NCBI GenBank assembly: GCA_963847705.1
Contig: CAWKBC010000047.1
Location: forward strand, 32,001-96,000
Origin: an uncultured Pseudomonadota bacterium
GTDB lineage: Bacteria; Myxococcota_A; Polyangia; Fen-1088
Reading direction: 5' to 3'
DNA: 64,000 bases
The translations under genes were made by a program, and so were the position numbers. The notes beneath the pieces are model-generated. The model was not told where the DNA came from. It saw only the letters and a program-made list of their open reading frames with translations, and did no database searches. This document shows, in pieces, positions 33,112-44,465 of this stretch. How positions within the stretch are numbered: position 1 is the stretch's first letter; the number at the start of each line of letters is the position of its first letter.

Positions 33112-33504
33112 ATGTACATCCTCCTGCACATGGCGGTGCTCACGGTGACCGTGCTGCTGGTGACCCGCATCGTGCCGTCGGTCAAGGTCAAGAGCGTCGG
33201 GTCGGCCATCATGGTGGCGCTGGTCTTTTCCGTGCTCAACGTGCTCTTCGGATGGTTCATCCGCGTCCTGCTCATCGTCCCCGCGATCCTCACGCTGGGG
33301 CTGCTGTTTCTCTTCTTCAACCTCATCGTCAACACGGTCCTGCTCTGGCTGACCGACAAGGTGATGCGCTCGTTCGAGATCGAAACCTTCCGCGGCCTCC
33401 TGAGCGCGGCCGCGATGATCACCCTCGCCAACTGGCTGTTCCACATGGCGGTTCAGGCCCATTTCGCTTCGATGCCCGGCCCTGGCCCGACCCGCTGGAT
33501 CTAG
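33112..33504 (+). CDS. YvlD/DUF360 (phage holin family) membrane protein
   Basis: Four TM helices with an ILTLGLLF..IVNTVLLWLT pattern. Confidence 0.75.
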   Translation: MYILLHMAVLTVTVLLVTRIVPSVKVKSVGSAIMVALVFSVLNVLFGWFIRVLLIVPAILTLGLLFLFFNLIVNTVLLWLTDKVMRSFEIETFRGLLSAAAMITLANWLFHMAVQAHFASMPGPGPTRWI

Positions 33505-33530
33505 CGCCCGGGGCGTGTAATCTCTCGCGG

Positions 33531-34562
33531 ATGGCCACGACCCTCCGCCCCCTTATCTTGACCTGCGCCCTCGGCGCGGTCGCCTTCACGCTGCCAGCTT
33601 GCAAGCGCGGCGCGAGCCCGTCCGGCGAGGCCCGCAACGTCGACCCCTCGCAGATCGTCGCCAAGGTCGACGACGCCGTCATCACCGTCACCGACGTGCA
33701 GGACAGGATCAACAAGCAGTCTCCGTTCGTGCGCGCCCGCTACACCAACGCCGACAAGAAAAGAGAGTTTCTCGACGGCCTGGTGAAGTTCGAGGTGATG
33801 GCCGCGGAGGCTGCCCGGCGCGGCTACGACAAGGATCCCGACGTGCAGCGGGTCATGAAGCAGCAGATGATCTCCAAGCTGATGCAGAAGGACTTCGAGT
33901 CGAAGCTGAAGGTCGAGGACGTCCCCGACGCCGACGTGGAGAAGTACTACAACGAGCACCCGACCGAATTTCACCAGAAGGATGAGGTGCGGGTGAGCGA
34001 GATCCTGATCAAGGACAAGGGCAAGGCCGAGCGCGCCTACGCCGAGGTGCGTGCCCTCCCCAAGGGGGGCGTCAACGTCATGGACCAGAAGGGATTCCGC
34101 GACCTGGTGGTCAAGTACTCCGAGGACGAAGAATCGAAGCCGCGCGGCGGCGACCTGTCGTTCTTTGCCAACGACAGCGCGACGGTCCCCAAGCCGATCG
34201 TCGACGCCGCCTTCAACCTCAAGGACGTCGGCGACGTCGCTCCGCTGGTCAAGACCGACAAGGGGTGGGCGATCATTCGTCTCACCCAGAAGCGCCCCGG
34301 GTTCAACCGCTCGCTGGCCGAGGCCAAGCGGCAGATCCAGCAGCGCCTGTTCCGGGATCTGCGCTCCAAGGCCATGGACACCTTCGTCGACGACCTCAAG
34401 AAGAAGAGCAGCATCAGCATCAGCGAGGAGAACCTGGCCAAGGTCGTGGTCGAGGCGGGGGCCGGCAGCGCGCCGGTCGGTGCGCCGCCGCCCGGAACGC
34501 CCGCGCCGCGCCCGGTGGGGATGCAACCTTCCGGCGCGCCCGCCGCTCCAACCCACCCGTGA
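33531..34562 (+). CDS. PpiC-type peptidyl-prolyl isomerase lipoprotein
   Basis: Lipobox LPAC; KYSED..RGGDL and VKTDKGWAII parvulin motifs. Confidence 0.88.
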   Translation: MATTLRPLILTCALGAVAFTLPACKRGASPSGEARNVDPSQIVAKVDDAVITVTDVQDRINKQSPFVRARYTNADKKREFLDGLVKFEVMAAEAARRGYDKDPDVQRVMKQQMISKLMQKDFESKLKVEDVPDADVEKYYNEHPTEFHQKDEVRVSEILIKDKGKAERAYAEVRALPKGGVNVMDQKGFRDLVVKYSEDEESKPRGGDLSFFANDSATVPKPIVDAAFNLKDVGDVAPLVKTDKGWAIIRLTQKRPGFNRSLAEAKRQIQQRLFRDLRSKAMDTFVDDLKKKSSISISEENLAKVVVEAGAGSAPVGAPPPGTPAPRPVGMQPSGAPAAPTHP

Positions 34563-34588
34563 AGCGAACGGGAATCCCATTGCGTCGC

Positions 34589-35596
34589 ATGGCTCTTGCT
34601 CCGGGTCCGCGCCCGTTCGCGCTCGCAAGGGCGCGCTCCTTCGCGCTGGCTCTCGCCCTCTCGGCGAGCTTGTTCACGCCGCTCGCCGCGCGGGCGCGGG
34701 TGGTCGAACGGGTCGCGGCGGTGGTCGGCGATGCGCTGGTGCTGGCCAGCGAGGTCGAGGATCGGGTCGGACCGCTCATGGCCGACGTCAACCGGATCAC
34801 CGACCCGGACAAGCGCTCGGCGCGGGCCACGGCGCTGCGGCGCGAGGTGCTGGAGCGGCTCATCGACGACGAGCTGATCTATCAGCAGGCGGCGGAGCTC
34901 AAGCTCAGCATCTCCAGCGAGCAGGTCGACGCCTCGATCGAGGAGATCAAGAAACAGAACAACCTCACCGACGAGCAGCTGCGCGAAGCGCTGCGCGGGC
35001 AGGGGATGACGATGGCGTCTTACCGGGCCGACCTCAAGCGCCAGTTGCTGCGCTTCCGCGTCCTCAACATCGCGGTCGGCTCGCGCGTCAACATCTCGGA
35101 CGACGAGGTGCGCGCCTACTACGAGCGCCACATGAAGGACGGCAGCAACGTGCAGGTCCGCGCCAGCCACGTCTACATCGCGATCCCCGAGGGGGCCGAT
35201 GCCGCCGCCGCCGCCGAGAAGCAGGCGCAGGCGCAGAAGATCCTGGAGCGGGCCCAGGCCGGCGAGGATTTCGCCAAGCTGGCGCGGGAAACGTCGGACG
35301 ACGCGGCGACGCGCGCCGACGGCGGTGACCTCGGGTACTTCGGCAAGGACATGCTGCCCAAGGCGATCGAGGAGCTGGTCTTCTCGATGAAGGTCGGTGA
35401 GATCCGTGGTCCGATCCGGGTCGACCGCGGCTACCACGTCATCAAGCTGGTCGACCGCAAGGCCAAGGACCCGAAGCCGTTCGACGAGGTCAAGGAAGAC
35501 ATCCGGAACCAGCTCCGCGGCAAGGACATGGAGCGGCAGACGAAGATCTATCTCGGCGAGCTGCGCAAGAAGACCCTGGTCGACATCCGCTACTAG
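34589..35596 (+). CDS. surA: SurA-like periplasmic chaperone/PPIase
   Basis: VVERVAAVV SurA N-terminus; VRASHVYI..GGDLGYF..GYHVIK parvulin domain. Start uncertain. Confidence 0.82.
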   Translation: MALAPGPRPFALARARSFALALALSASLFTPLAARARVVERVAAVVGDALVLASEVEDRVGPLMADVNRITDPDKRSARATALRREVLERLIDDELIYQQAAELKLSISSEQVDASIEEIKKQNNLTDEQLREALRGQGMTMASYRADLKRQLLRFRVLNIAVGSRVNISDDEVRAYYERHMKDGSNVQVRASHVYIAIPEGADAAAAAEKQAQAQKILERAQAGEDFAKLARETSDDAATRADGGDLGYFGKDMLPKAIEELVFSMKVGEIRGPIRVDRGYHVIKLVDRKAKDPKPFDEVKEDIRNQLRGKDMERQTKIYLGELRKKTLVDIRY

Positions 35597-35642
35597 GCCA
35601 GCCGCTCGCGGGGGGGGGCGGAGCCCTTCCGGGGGTCGCTTT

Positions 35643-36473
35643 TCAGTCCAGCGAGAAGCTGTCGACGTGGAAGGTGGCCGGCGTGGCCCCTTCGCCCGCG
35701 CTGCCGCTGTTGAGCTGGAGTCCGTAGAGCACGACCTGCTTCGGATTGAAGCGACCGCTCGGGTCGGTCGTCATCGGATGGCTCAGATCCATGGCGATGT
35801 CCTGCCATTGCGATCCCGGCGCGACGTCCACGCTGGTGTCGGCGGGCACGTAGCTGACGCCGGTGTCGACGTAGAGCTGGGCGAAGCCGCCAAAGGTTGT
35901 GCCTTCATCCACTTTGAGGCGCACGTGCAAGGTGTGCCCCGACCAGTCCTGGGGAATGGCGAAGACGTAGGACTGGACGTCGACGTACTGCTTGGGACCG
36001 GAGAAGGGGACGGTAACCTTCAAGGAGCCGGGGCTCGGGCTCCCCACCGTGGAATCGAACGCGAGCGTCGGGGCGACACCGCCTTCGACGGTGCCCGGGT
36101 TGCCGAGGTTGGTCTGCAGGGTGTCGTGGTACGGATTGAAACCAAAGTCCGACGCGGTGTCGAAGGTCTCCACCGGCGTCCCGGCGATCGGCGCCGCGGC
36201 GTCGGCCAGCGCGCCCGGCTTGCCGGGTCCGTCGATGGCATCCAGGCGGGCGCCGTCGCTGGCGCTGCCATCGCCGTGTCCGTTCTGGCCGGCGGTCGCG
36301 CCTCCGGCGCCCGCCGCTCCGTCACGGTCGGCGCCGCTCTTGGAGCCGCAGCCCGCTGCGAGCGCAGCCACGAGAACCAACGCGGCGCGCGCCGCACCTT
36401 CGGGGGGCCTCCGCACGACGCCCGCGAGGCTAACACGATCGTGGCGCTCCGAGCGGTGGCGGATCTGTGCCAC
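35643..36473 (-). CDS. Hypothetical lipoprotein with a beta-sandwich (CBM-like) C-terminal domain
   Basis: Lipobox AAGC, low-complexity linker, and a beta-rich domain ending FHVDSFSLD. The real start is probably downstream of the listed one. Confidence 0.6.
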   Translation of the reverse strand: MAQIRHRSERHDRVSLAGVVRRPPEGAARAALVLVAALAAGCGSKSGADRDGAAGAGGATAGQNGHGDGSASDGARLDAIDGPGKPGALADAAAPIAGTPVETFDTASDFGFNPYHDTLQTNLGNPGTVEGGVAPTLAFDSTVGSPSPGSLKVTVPFSGPKQYVDVQSYVFAIPQDWSGHTLHVRLKVDEGTTFGGFAQLYVDTGVSYVPADTSVDVAPGSQWQDIAMDLSHPMTTDPSGRFNPKQVVLYGLQLNSGSAGEGATPATFHVDSFSLD

Positions 36474-36497
36474 GGCGCCGGCTCTTCCCTTCCGTTT

Positions 36498-36851
36498 CTA
36501 ACCCGGCGGCCAGGCCAGCGCGCGGCCACCGAGGACGTGCAGGTGGACGTGGTGCACCGACTGGCCGGCGTCGGCGCCGGCGTTCATGACGACGCGGAAT
36601 CCGTTGGCGGCCAGCCCGCTCTCCTTGGCGCGCTGGGCGGCCACCACCATCAGGTGGCCGAAGAGCTCGACGTCGGCGGGCGTGGCCTCCGCCAGCGAGG
36701 CGATGTGCTTCACCGGAATGACCAGCTCGTGAAGCGGCGCCTTCGGGCCGATGTCCTTGAAGGCGACGGTGCGGTCGTCGCGGTAGGTCTCGGCGGCCTT
36801 GAGGTCGCCGCGGGCGATCTTGCAGAAGAGACAGTCGTCGGTGGTGGTCAT
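36498..36851 (-). CDS. hinT: HIT family nucleotide-binding protein
   Basis: CLFCKI and GQSVHHVHLHVLGGR..WPPG motifs. Confidence 0.93.
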   Translation of the reverse strand: MTTTDDCLFCKIARGDLKAAETYRDDRTVAFKDIGPKAPLHELVIPVKHIASLAEATPADVELFGHLMVVAAQRAKESGLAANGFRVVMNAGADAGQSVHHVHLHVLGGRALAWPPG

Positions 36852-36884
36852 CGTTGTCCTCCGGAGCGTGCTGAGCTTCTTACC

Positions 36885-38198
36885 TCAAGAGACGAGCCTC
36901 AGCAGCCGGGCGCGGGTCTCCTCGAACGGCGCGGCCTCGTCGGTGCGCTGGCGCAGGAAGGTGGTGATCGCCTCCATCCGCGCCACCGCCTCGTCGGTCA
37001 GCGGATCGGCGCCGCGCTGATAGGCGCCGAGCAGGATGAGATCGCGCTGGCGCTCGTAGGCCGCCATCAGCTCGCGCAGCCGGGCGGCGGCCGCGCGATG
37101 CGCCGGATCGGCGACGGCGCTCATGAGCCGCGACAGCGAGGGCAGCACGTCGACGGCGGGCCACTGGTTGCGGGCGGCGATCTCGCGCGAGAGGATCACG
37201 TGACCGTCGAGGATCCCACGCACCTCGTCGGCGATCGGCTCCTCCATGTCGCCGCCGGCGACGAGCACGGTGTAAAGCGCGGTGATCGAGCCGCGCGCGT
37301 CGTTGCCGGTCCTTTCCAGCAAGCGCGGCAAGAGCGCGAAGACGCTGGGCGGGTATCCCTGGCGCGCCGGGGGCTCGCCGGCGGCCAGGCCGACCTCGCG
37401 CTGGGCGCGCGCGACCCGGGTGACCGAGTCGAGCATGAAGAGCACGCGCCGCCCTTGCTCGCGGAAGTACTCGGCGATCGCCGTGGCGACGAAGGCCGAC
37501 TTGAGGCGCACCAGACTGGGCGTGTCGCTGGTGGCGCAGACGACGACCGAACGCGCGCGCCCCGCCTCGCCCAGGGATTCCTCGAGGAAGTCGACCACCT
37601 CGCGGCCGCGCTCGCCGACGAGCGCGATCACGTTGACGTCGGCCTCGGTCTGGCGCGCGATCTGCCCCATCAGCGTCGACTTGCCGACGCCCGAGCCGGC
37701 GAAGATGCCCACCCGCTGCCCCTCACCGACAGTCAGGAGGCCGTCGAGCGCGCGGACGCCGAGCGAAAGCGGTCGGGTCACCCGGCGGCGCGAGAGTGGA
37801 TCGGGCGCCGGGCGATCCACCGGCCAGGGGACGCAGGGGACGGCGCCGGCGATCGGTCCCGCGCCGTCGATCGGGCGCCCCAGCCCGTCCAGCACGCGCC
37901 CGAGGACGCCGTCGGAGACCGAGATCGAGAGCGGACGCCCGGTGGCGGTGACCAGCGAGTCGGGACCGATGCCGGCCGCCTCGCCGAGCGGCATCAGCAC
38001 CGCCTCGTCGCCGCGAAAGCCGACCACCTCGGCCGCCAGGCCCGATCCCTCCAGCGTCACGATCTCGCCGACGCGGACACCCGGGACGCTGGCCCGGATG
38101 ACCAGGCCGGTCACCTCCGTCACGCGTCCCGACTCGCGGCGCGGCGCCGCGCTCTCGAGCCGCGCCAGCGCCTGTCCCAGATCCAGCGTTTCAGCCAC
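36885..38198 (-). CDS. sctN: Type III secretion ATPase (FliI/SctN)
   Basis: GIFAGSGVGKS Walker A, GERGREV, LDSVTR and GILDGHVILSR. Confidence 0.9.
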   Translation of the reverse strand: MAETLDLGQALARLESAAPRRESGRVTEVTGLVIRASVPGVRVGEIVTLEGSGLAAEVVGFRGDEAVLMPLGEAAGIGPDSLVTATGRPLSISVSDGVLGRVLDGLGRPIDGAGPIAGAVPCVPWPVDRPAPDPLSRRRVTRPLSLGVRALDGLLTVGEGQRVGIFAGSGVGKSTLMGQIARQTEADVNVIALVGERGREVVDFLEESLGEAGRARSVVVCATSDTPSLVRLKSAFVATAIAEYFREQGRRVLFMLDSVTRVARAQREVGLAAGEPPARQGYPPSVFALLPRLLERTGNDARGSITALYTVLVAGGDMEEPIADEVRGILDGHVILSREIAARNQWPAVDVLPSLSRLMSAVADPAHRAAAARLRELMAAYERQRDLILLGAYQRGADPLTDEAVARMEAITTFLRQRTDEAAPFEETRARLLRLVS

Positions 38199-38787
38199 GG
38201 CGACCTCCGGTGAGCGCGCGCTCGAGCGCGGCGAGCTGCGTTTCGAGCCGGGCGTCGACCCGCCCCTGCGGCGTCTCGATCACGCAGCCGTGACGCCCGA
38301 CCGCCTCGTCGGCGACCAGCTCCAGCGTCGCGGCCGGAGCGCCGGCGGCGAGCGCCGCGCGGCGCGCCTCGACCGCCGGGAGATCGTGGGGGTGAATCCG
38401 GACCCGCACCGTGCCGGCCCCCGGCCGGCAGGCGGCGAGCGCTTCGCTGGCGATCTCGGCCATGGTCTCGGGCGCCAGCGCCACCGCGCGCCCGACGATC
38501 TTCTCGGCCATCTTCGCCGCCAGCGCGATCGCCGTCGGGCCCGCCGCCGCGACCAGGCGCGCCGCCTCGCTGTGTGCCGCGGCCAGCGCGACGGCGGCCT
38601 CGGCCACGCCGTCGGCCCGTCCGATCTCGAACCCCTCGCGCCGCGCCGCCTCGCGCACCGCGTCCGCTTCCGCGCGAAGCGCCTCGGCCTCGATCTGGGC
38701 GCGGGCCAGGAGGGCGGCCGCCTCCGCTCGCGCGTCGAGCAGGGGTTTGGGAACGAGGTGGCCGAAGCTCTTCACGACGCGCCCCAC
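38191..38787 (-). CDS. sctL: FliH/SctL stator protein
   Basis: AxxxG repeats (REGFEIG), VRIHPHD and GCVIETPQGRVDA. Confidence 0.85.
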   Translation of the reverse strand: MGRVVKSFGHLVPKPLLDARAEAAALLARAQIEAEALRAEADAVREAARREGFEIGRADGVAEAAVALAAAHSEAARLVAAAGPTAIALAAKMAEKIVGRAVALAPETMAEIASEALAACRPGAGTVRVRIHPHDLPAVEARRAALAAGAPAATLELVADEAVGRHGCVIETPQGRVDARLETQLAALERALTGGRRG

Positions 38788-38790
38788 CGT

Positions 38791-39666
38791 CTAGGCCTCG
38801 CCCTGGGCCTCGGCTGCAAAGGCCAGCAGTCGACGTCCGAGCGCCGGTGGAAGCCTCTGCGCGACCGCCTGGACGGCGTCGCCTCCCTCGGGCGCGAGGG
38901 CGATGGCCAGGGCCCGGGCGCCCAGGTGCGCCGCCAGATCGCTCGGCCTCTCCGTCGCGACACGCGCCACCAGCCGGCGTGCCGCCTCTCGCCTGTCCGC
39001 GGGTCCGGGTTGCGCGGCCGCATCGAGCAGGGTGCGCGCGAGCCGTCCGCCCAGGTTGGCCGCGGCGCGCGCGACCACCACGGGAGGGGCTCCCCGGAGC
39101 GAAACCCCGAGCGTCTCGGCACCGCGCCCCTCGATGGCCTCCTCCAGCGCGGCAAACGACAGCGTCATCAGCGGGGCAGCCTCGGGCCCGCTGGGCGCGC
39201 CTGGCTCGGCCAGGGGCACCAGGCCAGCAAAGACCCGGCGGCGCAGCTCGGCTGCTCCCGCGGCCGAGATCGCGACACCCTGCGACGAGGCTTCGCCGCG
39301 GTCGGTCAGGATCTCCTGGGCGATCCGCCGGACCTCGGCCGGCAGATCCTCCCCCTCGCCGCCGGCGCCTTGCAGCGCCCGGATGACGGCCGACGACTCG
39401 GGAACCAGCCGTTCGCGCAGCCAGCCGGGATGGAGGCGCTCGATCCCCGCCGGCACAGGGGCCCGCACCAGCGAGATGAGCGCCGCCAGCGTCGACGCGC
39501 GCGCGGCCCGGGGCCCGGCGACCAGGGCCTCCAGCACAGCCTGCCCCTGCCGCCCGGTCGGGCCCGGGAAGCGGGTCGCGAAGGTCTCCGGCGGCATTCG
39601 GGCGAGGAGCGCCCCGAGGACGAGCCCCTTTTGCGCGAACGGAAGCGCCGCCACCGCTGGATGCAC
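38791..39666 (-). CDS. Hypothetical protein, candidate SctK-like sorting-platform component
   Basis: Ala/Leu-rich ORF with LHPGWL, directly upstream of sctL (3-bp gap). Start estimated at GTG 39666. Confidence 0.5.
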   Translation of the reverse strand: MHPAVAALPFAQKGLVLGALLARMPPETFATRFPGPTGRQGQAVLEALVAGPRAARASTLAALISLVRAPVPAGIERLHPGWLRERLVPESSAVIRALQGAGGEGEDLPAEVRRIAQEILTDRGEASSQGVAISAAGAAELRRRVFAGLVPLAEPGAPSGPEAAPLMTLSFAALEEAIEGRGAETLGVSLRGAPPVVVARAAANLGGRLARTLLDAAAQPGPADRREAARRLVARVATERPSDLAAHLGARALAIALAPEGGDAVQAVAQRLPPALGRRLLAFAAEAQGEA

Positions 39667-39762
39667 GGCGGCATCATCGGTTGACCCAAGGCTGGGTTGC
39701 AACCCCCGCCGCCCCCCCCCGACTTGCGCCCGGGGCCCGGGCCGAGTACACCTGCGCCCCAA

Positions 39763-41658
<1,896 letters not shown>

Positions 41659-41662
41659 ATAG

Positions 41663-41687
41663 TTGGGAACCCTGGGAGGGCTCCCAA
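41663..41687. terminator. Hairpin after typA (possible terminator or REP)
   Basis: TTGGGAACCCT/AGGGCTCCCAA stem with one mismatch; no U-tract. Confidence 0.35.
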
Positions 41688-41696
41688 TCCCTCCCC

Positions 41697-41814
41697 CGAT
41701 GAGGTCGAGCCCGCGGAGCCGTCTGTCCCTCTCGCGATGAGGTCGAGCCCGCGGAGCCGTCTCTCCCTCTCGCGATGAGGTCGAGCCGGCGGAGCCGTCT
41801 GTCCCTCACGCGAT
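41697..41814. repeat. 38-bp tandem repeat x3
   Basis: Unit CGATGAGGTCGAGCCCGCGGAGCCGTCTGTCCCTCTCG. Confidence 0.9.
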
Positions 41815-41832
41815 CCGGCGCAGCGGCGCCGG

Positions 41833-42603
41833 TCAGCCGCGGCAGCAAAGGACGCCGCCGGCGCGCTCTGACCCGGTCGACGCACAGCCCTGATCCTGCC
41901 CGAAGGGGATGTGGGTGTGTTGCGGCCAGACACCGTCGCGGCAGAGACCAAACTGCCCGCAGTCGCGACCGCAGCAGACCGGCTCCGAACACCATCCGCG
42001 CGGAAAGCAGCCGTAGCTCGCCTGGGGCCCGGGATCGACGGCGCAGCCGTGCTGTTCCTTGCAGTGAGAGATCGCGGCCGCGAACCGGCCGCCGCCGGCC
42101 TGCTCGCAATCGTCGGCGCTGACCTGGCGGAGATCCGCGACCGCCCCGCTGCTCCCGCACACATGCCACCCGGCCGCGCAGACGTCGGCCGCGGCGGCGC
42201 ACGGGCCGAGCTCGTCGCCGCAGGCCTGTCCTGTGGGCGCCCCCCGGAGGCTCTGGCGCCCGCTCCAGGTTCCCATGCAGCCGGCGATCGCCGGGTAGCG
42301 CTGGGTGTCCAGGAACGCTTCACGGTGGCCGTCCGCGCAGCCGATCACGGCCGGATCGCCTGCAGGTCCGTGCTCGAGCACGATCGAGCGGCCGTGCTCG
42401 TCGACCACCGTCTCGGGTATTCCACGCACCGGGGGCGGAGGGCCCCCGTAGGGTTGTGCCCCGTAAGGTTGTGAGCCGTAAGGTTGCGGAGGATACGCCG
42501 GGGGCGGAGGGCCCGGCGGCCCGGCAACGATCGTGCAAGCGCCGAGCGCGAGGCTCAATCCCCACGCGACCTTGACCCAGAGCGACCATGAGCGACGGTT
42601 CAT
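41833..42603 (-). CDS. Cys-rich hypothetical lipoprotein
   Basis: Lipobox LGAC, QPYG repeats, GCADGHREAF..IAGC domain ending GGVLCC. Confidence 0.7.
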   Translation of the reverse strand: MNRRSWSLWVKVAWGLSLALGACTIVAGPPGPPPPAYPPQPYGSQPYGAQPYGGPPPPVRGIPETVVDEHGRSIVLEHGPAGDPAVIGCADGHREAFLDTQRYPAIAGCMGTWSGRQSLRGAPTGQACGDELGPCAAAADVCAAGWHVCGSSGAVADLRQVSADDCEQAGGGRFAAAISHCKEQHGCAVDPGPQASYGCFPRGWCSEPVCCGRDCGQFGLCRDGVWPQHTHIPFGQDQGCASTGSERAGGVLCCRG

Positions 42604-42771
42604 TGGGCGCAGATTAACTCGGACGCGACGGCCCTGCCTGTCGCGCAGCACACAGACGGGTCGGTCCGTTCGCCCAGCCGCTTCTCGGATCCAGGGTTCG
42701 CAGAATTGTTGCGGAGGTGACGGAGTTGTTGCTGCGGTACCGACCGCAAAGGGTTTACCCTCAACAGGGAT

Positions 42772-44394
42772 ATGCGTATCGCCGCGCTGGACGTGGGGTC
42801 CAACTCGTTCCACCTCATCGTCGCCGACGTCGAGACGGGCGGCCGGATTCATGTGCTCGACCGCGCGAAGGAGATGGTGCGGCTGGGCGACTCGACCTTG
42901 CACAAGGGGGTCATCGCGCCCGAGGTGTTTCGGCGCGGGCTGGACGCGCTGCGCGCGCTGCGGCGGATCGCCGACCGGCACAAGGTCGACGCGCTGGTGG
43001 CGGTGGCGACCAGCGCGGTGCGGGAGGCACAGAACGGCGGCGAGTTCGTGCGTGCGGCCCGCGACGAGTCCGGGATCGACATCCGTGTCATTCGCGGCGA
43101 CGAGGAGGCGCGCCTCATCTATCTCGGCGCGCGCGGATCTCTCAACCTCGGCAAGCGGCGGGTGGCACTGTTCGATCTGGGGGGCGGGTCCCTGGAGATC
43201 ATTCTGGCCGACGCGCAGGAGCTCTACTTCACCTCTTCGCTCAAGCTGGGGGTCATCCGCCTCTCGGAGAGTTGCCCCTGCTCCGATCCGCCCACCGCCC
43301 GCGAGCGCGCGCATCTCCAAGAGCGCGTGCGGACGATGCTCGATCCGGTGATCTCACGCGTCTGCGCCATGGGGTTCGACGACGTGGCGTTCACGTCCGG
43401 GACCGCGCAGGCGTTGGGGGGATTGCTGCGCTCCGAAGGGGGCAACGGCAGCGGAAAATCGACCATCGCGGTCGCCGATCTGGCGGCGCTCGAGCAAAAG
43501 CTGGGGACCCTGACGGTGGCGGCGCGGGCCAAGCTCCCCGGTCTCGATGCGCGGCGGGCCGACACGATCTACGCGGGAGCGGTGGTGTTCCGCACCGCGC
43601 TCGAGCTGGCGGGCGCCGAGCAGGCGGCGCTCTGCGAGACGGCGCTGCGCGAGGGGATCATCGCCGACTACGTCGCCTCCAACCGCCCCGGGATCCTGCT
43701 GGTGGAGGAGTTCCCCGACCTGCGGCGGCGGAGCGTGATGGAGCTGGCGCGTCGCTGCCAGTTCCGCGAGGACCACGGCACGCACGTGGCGCGGCTGGCG
43801 CTCTCGATCTTTCACCAGACCCGGCGGTTGCACAAGCTGGCCGACGCCGACGCCGAGCTGCTGGAATTCGCGGCGCTCCTGCACGACATCGGCTTCTACA
43901 TCTCGCCCCACCGCCACCACCGGCACAGCGAGTACCTGATCAAGAGCCACGCCATGACCGGCTTCTCGCGCTCGGAGGTGGAGATCATCGCGCAAACCGC
44001 GCGCTATCACCGCAAGGCCGAGCCGCGCCGCGGGCACGGTTCGATCAAGACGATCTCCAAGGCCGACTCCCGGCGCGTGCGCTACTTGGCCGCGATCTTG
44101 CGGGTGGCCGATGCCCTCGACCGCACGCACGCCCGGCTGGTGCGCGCGGTGCGCTGCTCGATCTCCTCGCGCACCGTGGAGGTCCGCGTCGACGCCGACG
44201 GTGATCCCGAGCTCGAGCTGTGGGCGGCGCGGCGCAAAGGCGACCTCTTCGAGTCGCTCGCGGGGCGCAAGCTCCGCTTCGCCGTCGACGGGCTCAAGGA
44301 GCGCGAAGAGCTCCCGGCGGCCGCCGCCCCGGCGTCCGCCCCGCTGCGGGTGGTCCGCGCCTCGGCCCGCTCGACCGCTTCGGCATCGGGATGA
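42772..44394 (+). CDS. ppx: Ppx/GppA exopolyphosphatase
   Basis: LDVGSNS, ATSAVRE, DLGGGSLE, LREG and a C-terminal LLHDIG HD domain. Confidence 0.93.
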   Translation: MRIAALDVGSNSFHLIVADVETGGRIHVLDRAKEMVRLGDSTLHKGVIAPEVFRRGLDALRALRRIADRHKVDALVAVATSAVREAQNGGEFVRAARDESGIDIRVIRGDEEARLIYLGARGSLNLGKRRVALFDLGGGSLEIILADAQELYFTSSLKLGVIRLSESCPCSDPPTARERAHLQERVRTMLDPVISRVCAMGFDDVAFTSGTAQALGGLLRSEGGNGSGKSTIAVADLAALEQKLGTLTVAARAKLPGLDARRADTIYAGAVVFRTALELAGAEQAALCETALREGIIADYVASNRPGILLVEEFPDLRRRSVMELARRCQFREDHGTHVARLALSIFHQTRRLHKLADADAELLEFAALLHDIGFYISPHRHHRHSEYLIKSHAMTGFSRSEVEIIAQTARYHRKAEPRRGHGSIKTISKADSRRVRYLAAILRVADALDRTHARLVRAVRCSISSRTVEVRVDADGDPELELWAARRKGDLFESLAGRKLRFAVDGLKEREELPAAAAPASAPLRVVRASARSTASASG

Positions 44395-44465
44395 GCGGAG
44401 CCGGCGCCCCGCAGCGGCGCCGCGCCAGACGATCTCGACGCCCAGCGCGCCAGACTGGACGAAGA

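Noticed and set aside
33112-33504. Prophage remnant suggested by a holin-like gene
   Set aside because: YvlD/DUF360 genes are commonly chromosomal, and there are no phage genes nearby.
36885-38787. Flagellar fliH-fliI locus
   Set aside because: No fliG, fliF or fliJ neighbours; a non-flagellar T3SS reading fits better, though phylogeny is needed.
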